In this document: piece after piece, positions 1 through 8,245 of the stretch | How the letters are laid out: the number at the start of each line of letters is the position of its first letter | Position numbering within the stretch: the stretch's first letter is position 1 | From: Bdellovibrionota bacterium | GTDB lineage: Bacteria > Bdellovibrionota > UBA1018 > CAIPTA01 > JAALKR01 | DNA length: 64,000 bases | Direction of reading: 5' to 3' | Assembly: GCA_965207455.1 (NCBI GenBank) | Contig: CBDBMJ010000003.1 | Location: 32,001 to 96,000, forward strand | Position numbers and translations under genes: made by a program | Notes under the pieces: model-generated | What the model saw: only the letters and a program-made list of their open reading frames with translations | Told to the model about the DNA's origin: nothing | The model's database searches: none

Positions 1-1337
1 ACCTGAGAAATAGACACCCTCTCTTGCTTGGTTGTATCTCGATGGCGAATGGTTACACATTGGTCTTGAATACTGTCGTAATCGTAAGTTACACAATAGG
101 GCGTTGCAATCTCCTCTTGCCTACGGTAACGCTTTCCAATACTGCCCGTAATATCAAAATCTGTGCGAAAATCCTTACGAATATCTTGATAGAGCTTCCT
201 AGCAGGCTCTAAAAGCTCCGGCTTTTTTTGCAAAGGAAAAACAGCCGCTTTATAGGGAGAAAGCCTCGGATGCAACTGCAATACCACCCGTTCGTCGTTA
301 AATCGATAGGCGTCGGCCAAAATAGCCAGAACCACCCGGTCACAACCAACTGCCGTCTCAATTACATAAGGTATAAATTTCTCGTCACCCCCATTGTTTA
401 AATTTTTTCCCGAAAACTCCATGTGACGACTAAGATCAAAGTCCGTACGATTATGAATCCCCTCCAACTCCTTCCAACCAAATGGAAACTCATACTGTAT
501 ATCAAATGCCTTCTTACAATAATGGGCCAACTCCCCAGAACCGTGCTCATGAAAACGTAACTTTTCACTGCGCACACCAAGGCTGTTATGCCACGCCATT
601 CGCTGAGACTTCCATTTGTCGAAATGCTCCCCATCTTCCTTAGGATGAATAAAATACTGCATCTCCATCTGCTCAAACTCGCGCATACGGAAAATAAAAT
701 TTCCCGGCGTGATTTCATTCCGAAAAGACTTGCCAATTTGGGCAATACCAAACGGAATTTTTCGACGACAACTCTGCTGTACGTTCACAAAATTCACAAA
801 AATACCCTGAGCTGTTTCAGGACGGAAATACACCATATTGGAAGGATCCTCAATGGCACCCATATGGGAACGAAACATCATATTAAACAAACGGGGATCA
901 GTGAGACTCTCCTTCGTACCACACCTCGGACAAGCCAATCCCTTCAATAACTCCTTCATCTCCTCCATCGAAGGAACGGTCCCACTTGCTTCCTCTATCT
1001 TTGCTATGGGCTCCAAGGAATCCGCCCGAAAACGGGACTTGCATTGCTTACAATCCACTAAAGGATCGTTGAAATTAGCCACATGACCACTTGCCTCCCA
1101 CACCCTGGGATGCATGAGAATGGCAGAATCTATCCCCTCCACATCTTCCCGATCATAGACCATGGCACTCCACCAAGCCTGCTTCACTGCTTGCTTTATC
1201 TCCACCCCAAGAGGACCATAATCCCAACAGGAATTTAAACCTCCATATATCTCGCTGGAAGGAAAGATAAACCCCCGACGCTTACATAAAGACACAAGAG
1301 ATTGCATGTCCGAAAGATTTTTTAGACTGTCCATCAT
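1..1337 (-). CDS. glyQS: glycine--tRNA ligase (homodimeric type), runs off window start
   Basis: Manual translation gives [46 protein letters not shown], the hallmark N-terminus; anticodon-binding-domain-like sequence near position 1-150; absent from ORF track because it lacks a stop in the window. Confidence 0.93.
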   Translation of the reverse strand, partial: MMDSLKNLSDMQSLVSLCKRRGFIFPSSEIYGGLNSCWDYGPLGVEIKQAVKQAWWSAMVYDREDVEGIDSAILMHPRVWEASGHVANFNDPLVDCKQCKSRFRADSLEPIAKIEEASGTVPSMEEMKELLKGLACPRCGTKESLTDPRLFNMMFRSHMGAIEDPSNMVYFRPETAQGIFVNFVNVQQSCRRKIPFGIAQIGKSFRNEITPGNFIFRMREFEQMEMQYFIHPKEDGEHFDKWKSQRMAWHNSLGVRSEKLRFHEHGSGELAHYCKKAFDIQYEFPFGWKELEGIHNRTDFDLSRHMEFSGKNLNNGGDEKFIPYVIETAVGCDRVVLAILADAYRFNDERVVLQLHPRLSPYKAAVFPLQKKPELLEPARKLYQDIRKDFRTDFDITGSIGKRYRRQEEIATPYCVTYDYDSIQDQCVTIRHRDTTKQERVSISQ

Positions 1338-1404
1338 TGTTGGCTTGGTTTTACCATAAAAAGAACCATAGTTGGGTTGAACTTCGACTTAATGACTGCT
1401 GGTT

Positions 1405-1456
1405 CCGCTAATTCCCCCAACCTAACTATCTGATCACGTTCAGATCACGCTGAAAT
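1405..1456. repeat. 52-bp motif shared with 4103-4154 and 7501-7552
   Basis: ccgctaattccccca...tgatcacg....atcacgc.gaaat, 42/52 identical by eye to the other copies. Confidence 0.8.
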
Positions 1457-1543
1457 ATCCCCTCAAAGTGTCCGAAGCTATTTTTCAACAGCCAATTTAG
1501 CGCAGCATAATAATATCAGCGCAATGCATAATTAAAAAATATA

Positions 1544-1984
1544 GTGATATTAGGGAGCTTAGTAGTAGCTCTATGTTCAAATGTTGCTTTAGCAGCAGAT
1601 ACTGATAAGAAATTAGTGCTCAATTGTGGTGGTTTAACTCAACCGAGTTTTTCCCAAAGTACACTGCAGTTCACTTATAATTCAGAGAGAGATATGACTA
1701 GGGCCAATAGTTTAACGTTCCAGAAGCATGATGGTAATCATGCTGTTGAAATGTATAGTAAGTGTTATGTAGTATGGTCAGACCCTACAAGGGAAGTGCT
1801 ACCAGTACCTGTATCCATGAATTGTTACGATGCGAAAGAAAACAGAGGGATTCAGGTAACAAAGACAAAAAGACAGGAAAATTCCCTTAATCTAGCTCTA
1901 AGACAGTATTCATATGATTCCAATAGTGGCGAGAAAACACTTCAAGAAAATTTTGGTTATTGCCAAGAAGTTACAGCAGAATAA
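1544..1984 (+). CDS. hypothetical secreted protein (AT-rich, 4 Cys in mature part)
   Basis: Signal-peptide-like (KNI)VILGSLVVALCSNVALA; followed by an intrinsic terminator; start codon uncertain. Confidence 0.7.
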   Translation: MILGSLVVALCSNVALAADTDKKLVLNCGGLTQPSFSQSTLQFTYNSERDMTRANSLTFQKHDGNHAVEMYSKCYVVWSDPTREVLPVPVSMNCYDAKENRGIQVTKTKRQENSLNLALRQYSYDSNSGEKTLQENFGYCQEVTAE

Positions 1985-2020
1985 ACACTGAATATATCTT
2001 TCGATAATTTGTCTTTAAAT

Positions 2021-2062
2021 AAAATCAAGGGAAGGAGAAATTCTTCTCCCCTTGATTTTTTT
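2021..2062. terminator. bidirectional intrinsic terminator
   Basis: aaaatcaagggaaggagaa-a-ttcttctccccttgatttttt hairpin with A/T tails, between the 1544-1984 ORF and convergent tRNA-Tyr. Confidence 0.75.
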
Positions 2063-2179
2063 GTTCTTAACTCCATTTTCACTAGACTCTCTTTTTCAGA
2101 AAAAATCACACCGAAAATCACACCAAAAGTGAAATCGGTAAAAAATAAATCAATAATTTCAATGAACTTACAAAGAATC

Positions 2180-2265
2180 TGGTGGAGGGAGAAGGATTCG
2201 AACCTTCGAAGGCGTACGCCGTCAGATTTACAGTCTGATCCCTTTGGCCGCTTGGGTATCCCTCC
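2180..2265 (-). tRNA. tRNA-Tyr(GTA)
   Basis: GGAGGGATACCCAAGCGGCCAAAGGGATCAGACTGTAAATCTGAC...GGTTCGAATCCTTCTCCCTCCACCA; long variable arm, CCA end. Confidence 0.97.
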
Positions 2266-2460
2266 GCATAAAGCAAGTTCTGAAATGCTCAATACACTCT
2301 TATTACCTAAAAAATTTATCATAGCAAGATTATCACACAATAATAAAAAAGATTCGTTTCGACATCGCCTCACTAACCCTTCTTCTACTTTTTTCCATGA
2401 TTATGCTGCACGTTACACTGTATATTAGTATATTATAAATTTTGAACGCTTGAGGAAAAG

Positions 2461-2536
2461 GCCGGCGTAGCTCAGGGGCCAGAGCGACGCATTTGTAATG
2501 CGTTGGTCGGGGGTTCAAATCCCTCCGCCGGCTCCA
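2461..2536 (+). tRNA. tRNA-Thr(TGT)
   Basis: GCCGGCGTAGCTCAG...ACGCATTTGTAATGCGT...GGTTCAAATCCCTCCGCCGGCTCCA. Confidence 0.96.
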
Positions 2537-2648
2537 TTCAAGACGACAAAATAGAAAAAGATTAAAGCCAATAAAAACAACATTCTTGTGAGAAAGCACA
2601 TCAATCAAGTTAGGAGACCCTTTTAATGTGTTTAGAATAATTTACGAC

Positions 2649-2951
2649 TTAGTCGCCGGCGTAGGGATCACTATCAGATCTATCAATGGACTTATCTTCT
2701 TGATCTTTTTTATCACCACTGCCTTGTTCATCGAGGACATTAGTATTATCTTCTCTAGCTTCCGGACGGGTATTTTGCTTATGCCATATACCAAGGGCAA
2801 TTACTCCAGCGTAAGCAATAGCCGCAGCAATTGCAAAAGTGGCTAGTAGGGGTTCTGCACGAGCATCTTTTGTGCCTGTTAATGTTATGGAGAGTGCAAA
2901 TATCATTGCCATTACCATTGTTACTATTTTTTTATTTCTTCGATTTTTCAT
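2649..2951 (-). CDS. small secreted protein, cassette 1 (shared signal peptide, hydrophobic helix, acidic tail)
   Basis: GAAGGAG RBS; MKNRRNKKIVTMVMAMIFALSITLTGTKDARA/EPL; first 35 codons identical to 4244-4531. Confidence 0.85.
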   Translation of the reverse strand: MKNRRNKKIVTMVMAMIFALSITLTGTKDARAEPLLATFAIAAAIAYAGVIALGIWHKQNTRPEAREDNTNVLDEQGSGDKKDQEDKSIDRSDSDPYAGD

Positions 2952-3075
2952 TATTTACTCCTTCTGAAAGACTTAGGTATCTCTACCCTCTTCTTTCTCT
3001 TAATTTAAAGCAGCACTTATTGGGAGGTTGCTCTTTTTCCCATTGATGAAACCTTTCATCAATTATATTTGTTAC

Positions 3076-3091
3076 TGCAAGGGACGTGCCA
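3076..3091 (-). promoter_or_regulatory. sigma54 -24/-12 promoter
   Basis: TGGCACGTCCCTTGCA, exact TGGCAC-N5-TTGCA consensus, ~125 bp upstream of the cassette 1 start. Confidence 0.85.
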
Positions 3092-3200
3092 AAATACGCC
3101 AAAAAAGGTATTTTTTTAAAAAGCTCTTTATTTTCAGGCATTTACATGTTGCTCTTGGGGCTTGCATGTAGAGGAACTATAGAAAAAGAAGCCCCTAAAT

Positions 3201-3236
3201 TGACTAAAAATTAAACAGTTGTAGAGAATATTTGCA
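3201..3236. promoter_or_regulatory. putative enhancer (bEBP upstream activating sequence) pair
   Basis: tgactaaaaattaaaca-gt-tgtagagaatatttgca ~110-145 bp upstream of the -24 box; conserved at 38598-38632 and degenerate at ~8473-8508. Confidence 0.5.
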
Positions 3237-3418
3237 GTCGTTCCTATAAATTTCTGTGCTGAATAGGCTGGAAAAGGGGAGTTTAGTGCTTCTGCCTACG
3301 CCCCTTAGGGGGAAGAGGCATCAGCAACTAGATTGCGAAGCTCTCTTTTAAGTAGATACCCCTCCTTTCCCACGCATGAGATAAGCAAGGACATTTCAGG
3401 CTAGGTCACCAATGCAGC

Positions 3419-3652
3419 TTGAAAGGCTCTATTTGCCCATTCTGGGTCAAATTTCTCACTTATGATGATGATGGGGGCTTCCACTCCACCTTTAAGAGCT
3501 GCCTTCGGTACTCTCTGAGTCGCACAAGGCAGTCCTTGGTTTCGAGGCAGCCTTCGAGTGCGGAGCTGCTGCTCAGTCCGAGGTCGAGCAGTATGGTGAT
3601 GATTATTAGTTTGCAGTCTGTACATAATTTCCTCCTTATTGTTTTGTTTTAA
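3419..3652. other. cryptic small coding region under apparent codon constraint (frame unresolved)
   Basis: Six differences from copy 6827-7060, all synonymous in the + 77-aa frame and in a minus-strand 54-aa frame (3624-3460). Confidence 0.5.
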
Positions 3653-3700
3653 AAAAATGGGAGACTCTAACAAGCAAAGATGCAACCGACCTTTTTGCTA

Positions 3701-3727
3701 ATGTGTGATTATTAAATAATCACACAT
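3701..3727. promoter_or_regulatory. perfect palindrome, operator-like (second copy 7109-7135)
   Basis: atgtgtgattatt-a-aataatcacacat followed by aatcacaca/aatcata direct repeats. Confidence 0.55.
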
Positions 3728-3899
3728 GAGAATCACACAAGAATCATAAAACACCCCTGATTTGGGCTGATTTTACCTGATTTCGTGTGAATTCACCTTC
3801 TATGAACTTTCTTTATTATCTAACCAAAGTTGTTGTTTTTATTCTGTTTTTTCTATCTTTTCTGAACTATCTGATTTTGTTAAAAATGACGCTATGTGA

Positions 3900-3926
3900 T
3901 GGTCGGGGCGGCAGGATTTAACCTAC
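3900..3926 (-). repeat. tRNA-Pro 3' fragment (att-like)
   Basis: tggtcggggcggcaggattt-aacctac equals 8582-8609 with one base missing in the T loop. Confidence 0.9.
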
Positions 3927-4168
3927 TACACAAAATCCCCTCCAGGGATTTCGTTGCGTAGGCTCCCCTGCGCGCTTAGAAAAATCATCCAAAATATTGA
4001 GGCAAAAGAGCCTTGTTGCGTAATACTTTGTAAAAATTGATTTGAGGGTATAGAGGGTCTACCCGCATGTCCTTTAGGTAATAGCGGAGGAGTCTACTGC
4101 AACCGCTAATTCCCCCACTTTAACCATATGATCACGCTTGAATCACGCAGAAATTAAATTTTAGGCAC

Positions 4169-4195
4169 AAAAAAACCCTCTAAAGAGGGCTTTTT
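4169..4195 (-). terminator. intrinsic terminator after cassette 2
   Basis: aaaaaaaccctc-taaa-gagggcttttt; copy at 7567-7593 after cassette 3. Confidence 0.8.
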
Positions 4196-4243
4196 ATATA
4201 TCAAGATAATTGTATTAAACTATGCTTTAGCTGCCATTATCAG

Positions 4244-4531
4244 TTAGTCTGCTTCAGCGGCGCGGGAATCAGGGGAAGGGCTGTCAGATTCATCAGATTG
4301 CTGATGATCAAGGCGACTCTCTTGTTCCTTGAGGACAGCAGCATTACCTCCATCTCTCTTCTTTATCTCAATAGCGGTAATTATTACCATTAAAGTACCA
4401 ATCGCAATTCCTGCTAGAGTGAGTGTTAGGGGTTCTGCACGAGCATCTTTTGTGCCTGTTAATGTTATGGAGAGTGCAAATATCATTGCCATTACCATTG
4501 TTACTATTTTTTTATTTCTTCGATTTTTCAT
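4244..4531 (-). CDS. small secreted protein, cassette 2
   Basis: Same RBS and 35 N-terminal codons as cassette 1, different mature part TLTLAGIAIGTLMVIITAIEIKK...DSRAAEAD. Confidence 0.85.
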   Translation of the reverse strand: MKNRRNKKIVTMVMAMIFALSITLTGTKDARAEPLTLTLAGIAIGTLMVIITAIEIKKRDGGNAAVLKEQESRLDHQQSDESDSPSPDSRAAEAD

Positions 4532-4655
4532 TATTTACTCCTTCTGAAAGACTTAGGTATCTCTACCCTCTTCTTTCTCTTAATTTAAAGCAGCACTTAT
4601 TGGGAGGTTGCTCTTTTTCCCATTGATGAAACCTTTCATCAATTATATTTGTTAC

Positions 4656-4671
4656 TGCAAGGGACGTGCCA
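4656..4671 (-). promoter_or_regulatory. sigma54 -24/-12 promoter
   Basis: TGGCACGTCCCTTGCA. Confidence 0.85.
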
Positions 4672-4946
4672 AAATACGCCAAAAAAGGTATTTTTTTAAA
4701 AAGCTCTTTATTTTCAGGCATTTACATGTTGCTCTTGGGGCTTGCATGTAGAGGAACTATAGAAAAAGAAGCCCCTAAATTGACTAAAAATTAAACAGTT
4801 GTCATTGCACAGCGATTCTGTCGTATAACTACACAGGGAAAATGTCGGCGCATATGCGTCAAAAAGGGGCTTGATTTCTAGTAAAACAGGCTCTCAAGAC
4901 AGTATTCACAGCTGTTTCCTGGCTCTTAGAGAGCCGTACTTTGCTT

Positions 4947-6095
4947 CTAACGGTCTATCTTCTTTTTTGGGATCCTAGGTGGCAGTGGTCTGCTCTTTTT
5001 AAGAGCTGCACGCGTTCTAAGGAGTATTGTCTGCATATTAAACTTTAGCCATATACGCCGGATGCTCCCATACTGTACATTTAGTTGACACTCTTTCTTT
5101 AAATGCAAGAATAATTGGCTTTGCCCTAGGTAGGGATTCTTCAAAGAAAAATCAATTACTATTCTCTCTATGCTCCTTATGCTTTTGGAGGATTGATTTT
5201 TATTGTAATTCTTTTTTAAAGCACCGGCTCCTTTTTCTTTTAAAATTTTTCTATTGTTATAAATAGTTTGCCTTGAGCAGCCTGACTGTCTGGCTGCCTC
5301 TGATACATTTTGAATCTTGCTTGCAAGCTCAATAATCTCTAGCTTTCTTTTTGCCTCCATGTCTTTTGCAGAAGGTTTTGAAGGTTCAGTTACCTTAGAA
5401 ACTATTAATTTCTTGCCTGCAAAATGCGCTGCAATTTTTCCTCTAGCATTTATTCGGATTTCAATTTCTTGTTTAGCAATGGAATGTCTTAACTTGGATT
5501 CTAATAAATAGATTTTATTCCCATAACTAAAGGTATGATCATTTCTAATCTTCCGATACTCTTTCATAACAAAAATACCACTGAGATTTGTGGATAATGG
5601 AACCGGGGTATATTCAGATATAGGGTTATCTGGTTCCACAATGCAATTTTTCTGCCAATAGGAAGGAAGAAATTTTTTTTGAAAAAACCTGTTTGCTCCT
5701 CCTATATTCCGAATGCCAGCCAATCTTAGCTCTGGAATTAATCTATCTTGAAGTGTATGGAAAACTCTTTCTATTCGACCTTTCCCTTGAGGTGAATTTG
5801 CAAAAATAATTTCAATGCCTAACTCCTCACAAGCTCTCTTTACTTGCGAGAAATTACCCCGCTTTTGACCTCCAAAGAGACCTGCTCTATCAACATACAG
5901 CATTTTAAAAATTCCCCTTTCCTTAATAACTTCTTTTAAGACTTGCAAGCAACCAAAACTTGTTTCTGAAGGAAAGAATTTACCAAAAACCTCTCCATCA
6001 GCATCATCAATAGTAGCGATCAAGCAAGATTTAGAATCTCCGAACCATTTATGTGTACTACCATCCATCTGCAACATGAGACCAGTGCATGCCAT
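4947..6095 (-). CDS. transposase catalytic (DDE) part with C-terminal HTH extension
   Basis: QMDGSTHKWFG, IDDA, YVDRAG, ANSPQGKGRIER motifs. Confidence 0.9.
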   Translation of the reverse strand: MACTGLMLQMDGSTHKWFGDSKSCLIATIDDADGEVFGKFFPSETSFGCLQVLKEVIKERGIFKMLYVDRAGLFGGQKRGNFSQVKRACEELGIEIIFANSPQGKGRIERVFHTLQDRLIPELRLAGIRNIGGANRFFQKKFLPSYWQKNCIVEPDNPISEYTPVPLSTNLSGIFVMKEYRKIRNDHTFSYGNKIYLLESKLRHSIAKQEIEIRINARGKIAAHFAGKKLIVSKVTEPSKPSAKDMEAKRKLEIIELASKIQNVSEAARQSGCSRQTIYNNRKILKEKGAGALKKNYNKNQSSKSIRSIERIVIDFSLKNPYLGQSQLFLHLKKECQLNVQYGSIRRIWLKFNMQTILLRTRAALKKSRPLPPRIPKKKIDR

Positions 6096-6496
6096 ACGCT
6101 CCCTTCTTTTTCTAAGTTTAGAGCGTCTTTTTTTTTCATTTTCACATGATGTATTTCATGTGCCCACCTTCGAAGCGTTTCTTTATTTATAAAAACACCT
6201 TCATCACTTTTCAGCTTTTCTCTAAGATGAGTTAGATTAAAATCAAAATATTTTATTTTAATTAAATCTTCAACTTTAGTTCTTACCGAGTCAGCGGTCT
6301 TATTGATAGGATCGCGACCTCTATTTTTATGCAGCAAATGCAAAGATCCTTTTTCTTTATGTAATCTTAAATATCGTTCAATCGTTCTTATAGATCTATT
6401 TAGAAGTTTTGAGGCATTCGGGATTGTTATTTTGCCATCACAAACCTTTGAGATTGTATCCATTTTTAGTTGATCATAACTTGTTATTCTTATCAT
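6020..6496 (-). CDS. transposase N-terminal HTH part (joined to the catalytic part by a -1 shift at A9G)
   Basis: ASKLLNRSIRTIERY...LLHKNRGR...YFDFNLTHLREKL...ETLRRW typical of this family. Confidence 0.85.
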   Translation of the reverse strand: MIRITSYDQLKMDTISKVCDGKITIPNASKLLNRSIRTIERYLRLHKEKGSLHLLHKNRGRDPINKTADSVRTKVEDLIKIKYFDFNLTHLREKLKSDEGVFINKETLRRWAHEIHHVKMKKKDALNLEKEGSVWHALVSCCRWMVVHINGSEILNLA

Positions 6497-7307
6497 AATA
6501 CTGCGCCCTCCTATTTATTTGTAAAATCAGAAGTACAGCTTATGAATAGCGCAGTGCGCCCGTCAAATTCCCTGTGTAGTTATGATACGACAGAATCGCT
6601 GTGTAATTACACTAAAAATTAAACAGTTGTAGAGAATATTTGCAGTCGTTCCTATAAATTTCTGTGCTGAATAGGCTGGAAAAGGGGAGTTTAGTGCTTC
6701 TGCCTACGCCCCTTAGGGGGAAGAGGCATCAGCAACTAGATTGCGAAGCTCTCTTTTAAGTAGATACCCCTCCTTTCCCACGCATGAGATAAGCAAGGAC
6801 ATTTCAGGCTAGGTCACCAATGCAGCTTGAAAGGCTCTATTTGCCCATTCTGGGTCAAATTTCTCACTTATGATGATGATGGGGGCTTCCACTCCACCTT
6901 TAAGAGCTGCCTGCGGTACTCTCTGAGTCGCACAAGGCAATCCTTGGTTTCAAGGCAGCCCTCAAGTGCGGAGCTGCTACTCAGTCCGAGGTCGAGCAGT
7001 ATGGTGATGATTATTAGTTTGCAGTCTGTACATAATTTCCTCCTTATTGTTTTGTTTTAAAAAAATGGGAGACTCTAACAAGCAAAGATGCAACCGACCT
7101 TTTTGCTAATGTGTGATTATTAAATAATCACACATGAGAATCACACAAGAATCATAAAACACCCCTGATTTGGGCTGATTTTACCTGATTTCGTGTGAAT
7201 TCACCTTCTACGAACTTTCTTTATTATCTAACCAAAGTTGTTGTTTTTATTCTGTTTTTTCTATCTTTTCTGAACTATCTGATTTTGTTAAAAATGACGC
7301 TATGTGA

Positions 7308-7334
7308 TGGTCGGGGCGGCAGGATTTAACCTAC
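7308..7334 (-). repeat. tRNA-Pro 3' fragment (att-like), second copy
   Basis: Identical to 3900-3926. Confidence 0.9.
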
Positions 7335-7624
7335 TACACAAAATCCCCTCCAGGGATTTCGGGCTTCCCTGCGCACTTAGAAAAATTCCAAAATATTGAG
7401 GCAAAAGAGCCTTGTTGCGTAATACTTTGTAAAAATTGATTTGAGGGTATAGAGGGCCTACCCGCTGTCCTTTAGGTAATAGCGGAGGAGTCTACTGCAA
7501 CCGCTAATTCCCCCACTTTAACCATATGATCACGCTTGAATCACGCAGAAATTAAATTTTAGGCACAAAAAAACCCTCTAAAGAGGGCTTTTTATATATC
7601 AAGATAATTGTATTAAACTATGGT

Positions 7625-8245
7625 TTATCTGCCATCAATTACTTCTACTTCATCGGTAGTGAAATCAGCTCCAAGCATTTCAGAAAGTCTTTTCTCATTT
7701 TTTGTTGTATAATCCGAGCTAAAAGAGCGATACATTCGATTAGCTGTATCAGTTAAACTAACTATATCACGACCCGTTTCTTCAGCTATTTTTTGTACCA
7801 AATTTATTAGTTTCTCTTCCACCTCTAAAATCGATATATCTTTATTTAAGCTTGCTATTTTAACCCTCCAATTCGATTGATTCAAGCTTTTATCCTTCTT
7901 TGCTTGCTCTCCATACAAACGAAATTGATTATATTCTCGAACAGCAGTATCCCAGTCAATCTCACTGAGAAGACTCTTGCTAAGGACTGCTCTATCGTAA
8001 AAGAATCTACCTCTTTCATGTAATTTGTCTATTCTCTGGTTAAATTCTCTCTCATCTTTATTCGACTGACCCAGCACTTCATCACGCTCAATCTTCTTTT
8101 CGCTCAGAACCTCTAGAAGCCGTACATTCCTCTTTTGCACTATAGTCATTTCCTCTGCTTGCACTGGTTGAGAATATCCTGTTAGTGTTATGGCAAGAAC
8201 CCCTGCTATCATTGTTACTATTTTTTTATTTCTTCGATTTTTCAT
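7625..8245 (-). CDS. secreted helical/coiled-coil protein, cassette 3
   Basis: Starts MKNRRNKKIVTM...ITLTG like cassettes 1-2, same 5' UTR, unrelated 175-aa mature domain. Confidence 0.85.
   Translation of the reverse strand: MKNRRNKKIVTMIAGVLAITLTGYSQPVQAEEMTIVQKRNVRLLEVLSEKKIERDEVLGQSNKDEREFNQRIDKLHERGRFFYDRAVLSKSLLSEIDWDTAVREYNQFRLYGEQAKKDKSLNQSNWRVKIASLNKDISILEVEEKLINLVQKIAEETGRDIVSLTDTANRMYRSFSSDYTTKNEKRLSEMLGADFTTDEVEVIDGR

Larger units (their letters stand above)
2847..4224. repeat. constant module copy 1 (~1.38 kb direct repeat)
   Basis: Matches 4427-7622 once the IS and its duplication (1828 bp) are removed; only a few SNPs and small indels. Confidence 0.95.
4800..6611 (-). mobile_element. 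insertion sequence, IS1202 family (ISNCY-type DDE), 1812 bp
   Basis: Terminal IRs TGTcattgcacagcgattctgtcgtat...aactacacagggaa and its complement ending aattACA; 16-bp target duplication ctaaaaattaaacagt at 4784-4799 and 6612-6627; empty site visible at 3204-3219. Confidence 0.92.
4427..7622. repeat. constant module copy 2, interrupted by IS
   Basis: Offset 1580 from copy 1 left of the IS, 3408 right of it. Confidence 0.95.

Noticed and set aside
24..1086. Short track ORFs in the first kilobase
   Set aside because: Overlap the glyQS reading frame and show no independent coding signal
3505..3571. Diversity-generating retroelement TR/VR pair
   Set aside because: Differences are not confined to adenines of one template strand and no reverse transcriptase is present
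3401..3685. 94-aa minus-strand ORF (MYRLQ frame) as a conserved gene
   Set aside because: Copy 2 has in-frame stops created by the same substitutions that are silent in other frames
3900..3926. Additional functional tRNA-Pro genes (also 7308-7334)
   Set aside because: Only the T arm and acceptor 3' strand are present
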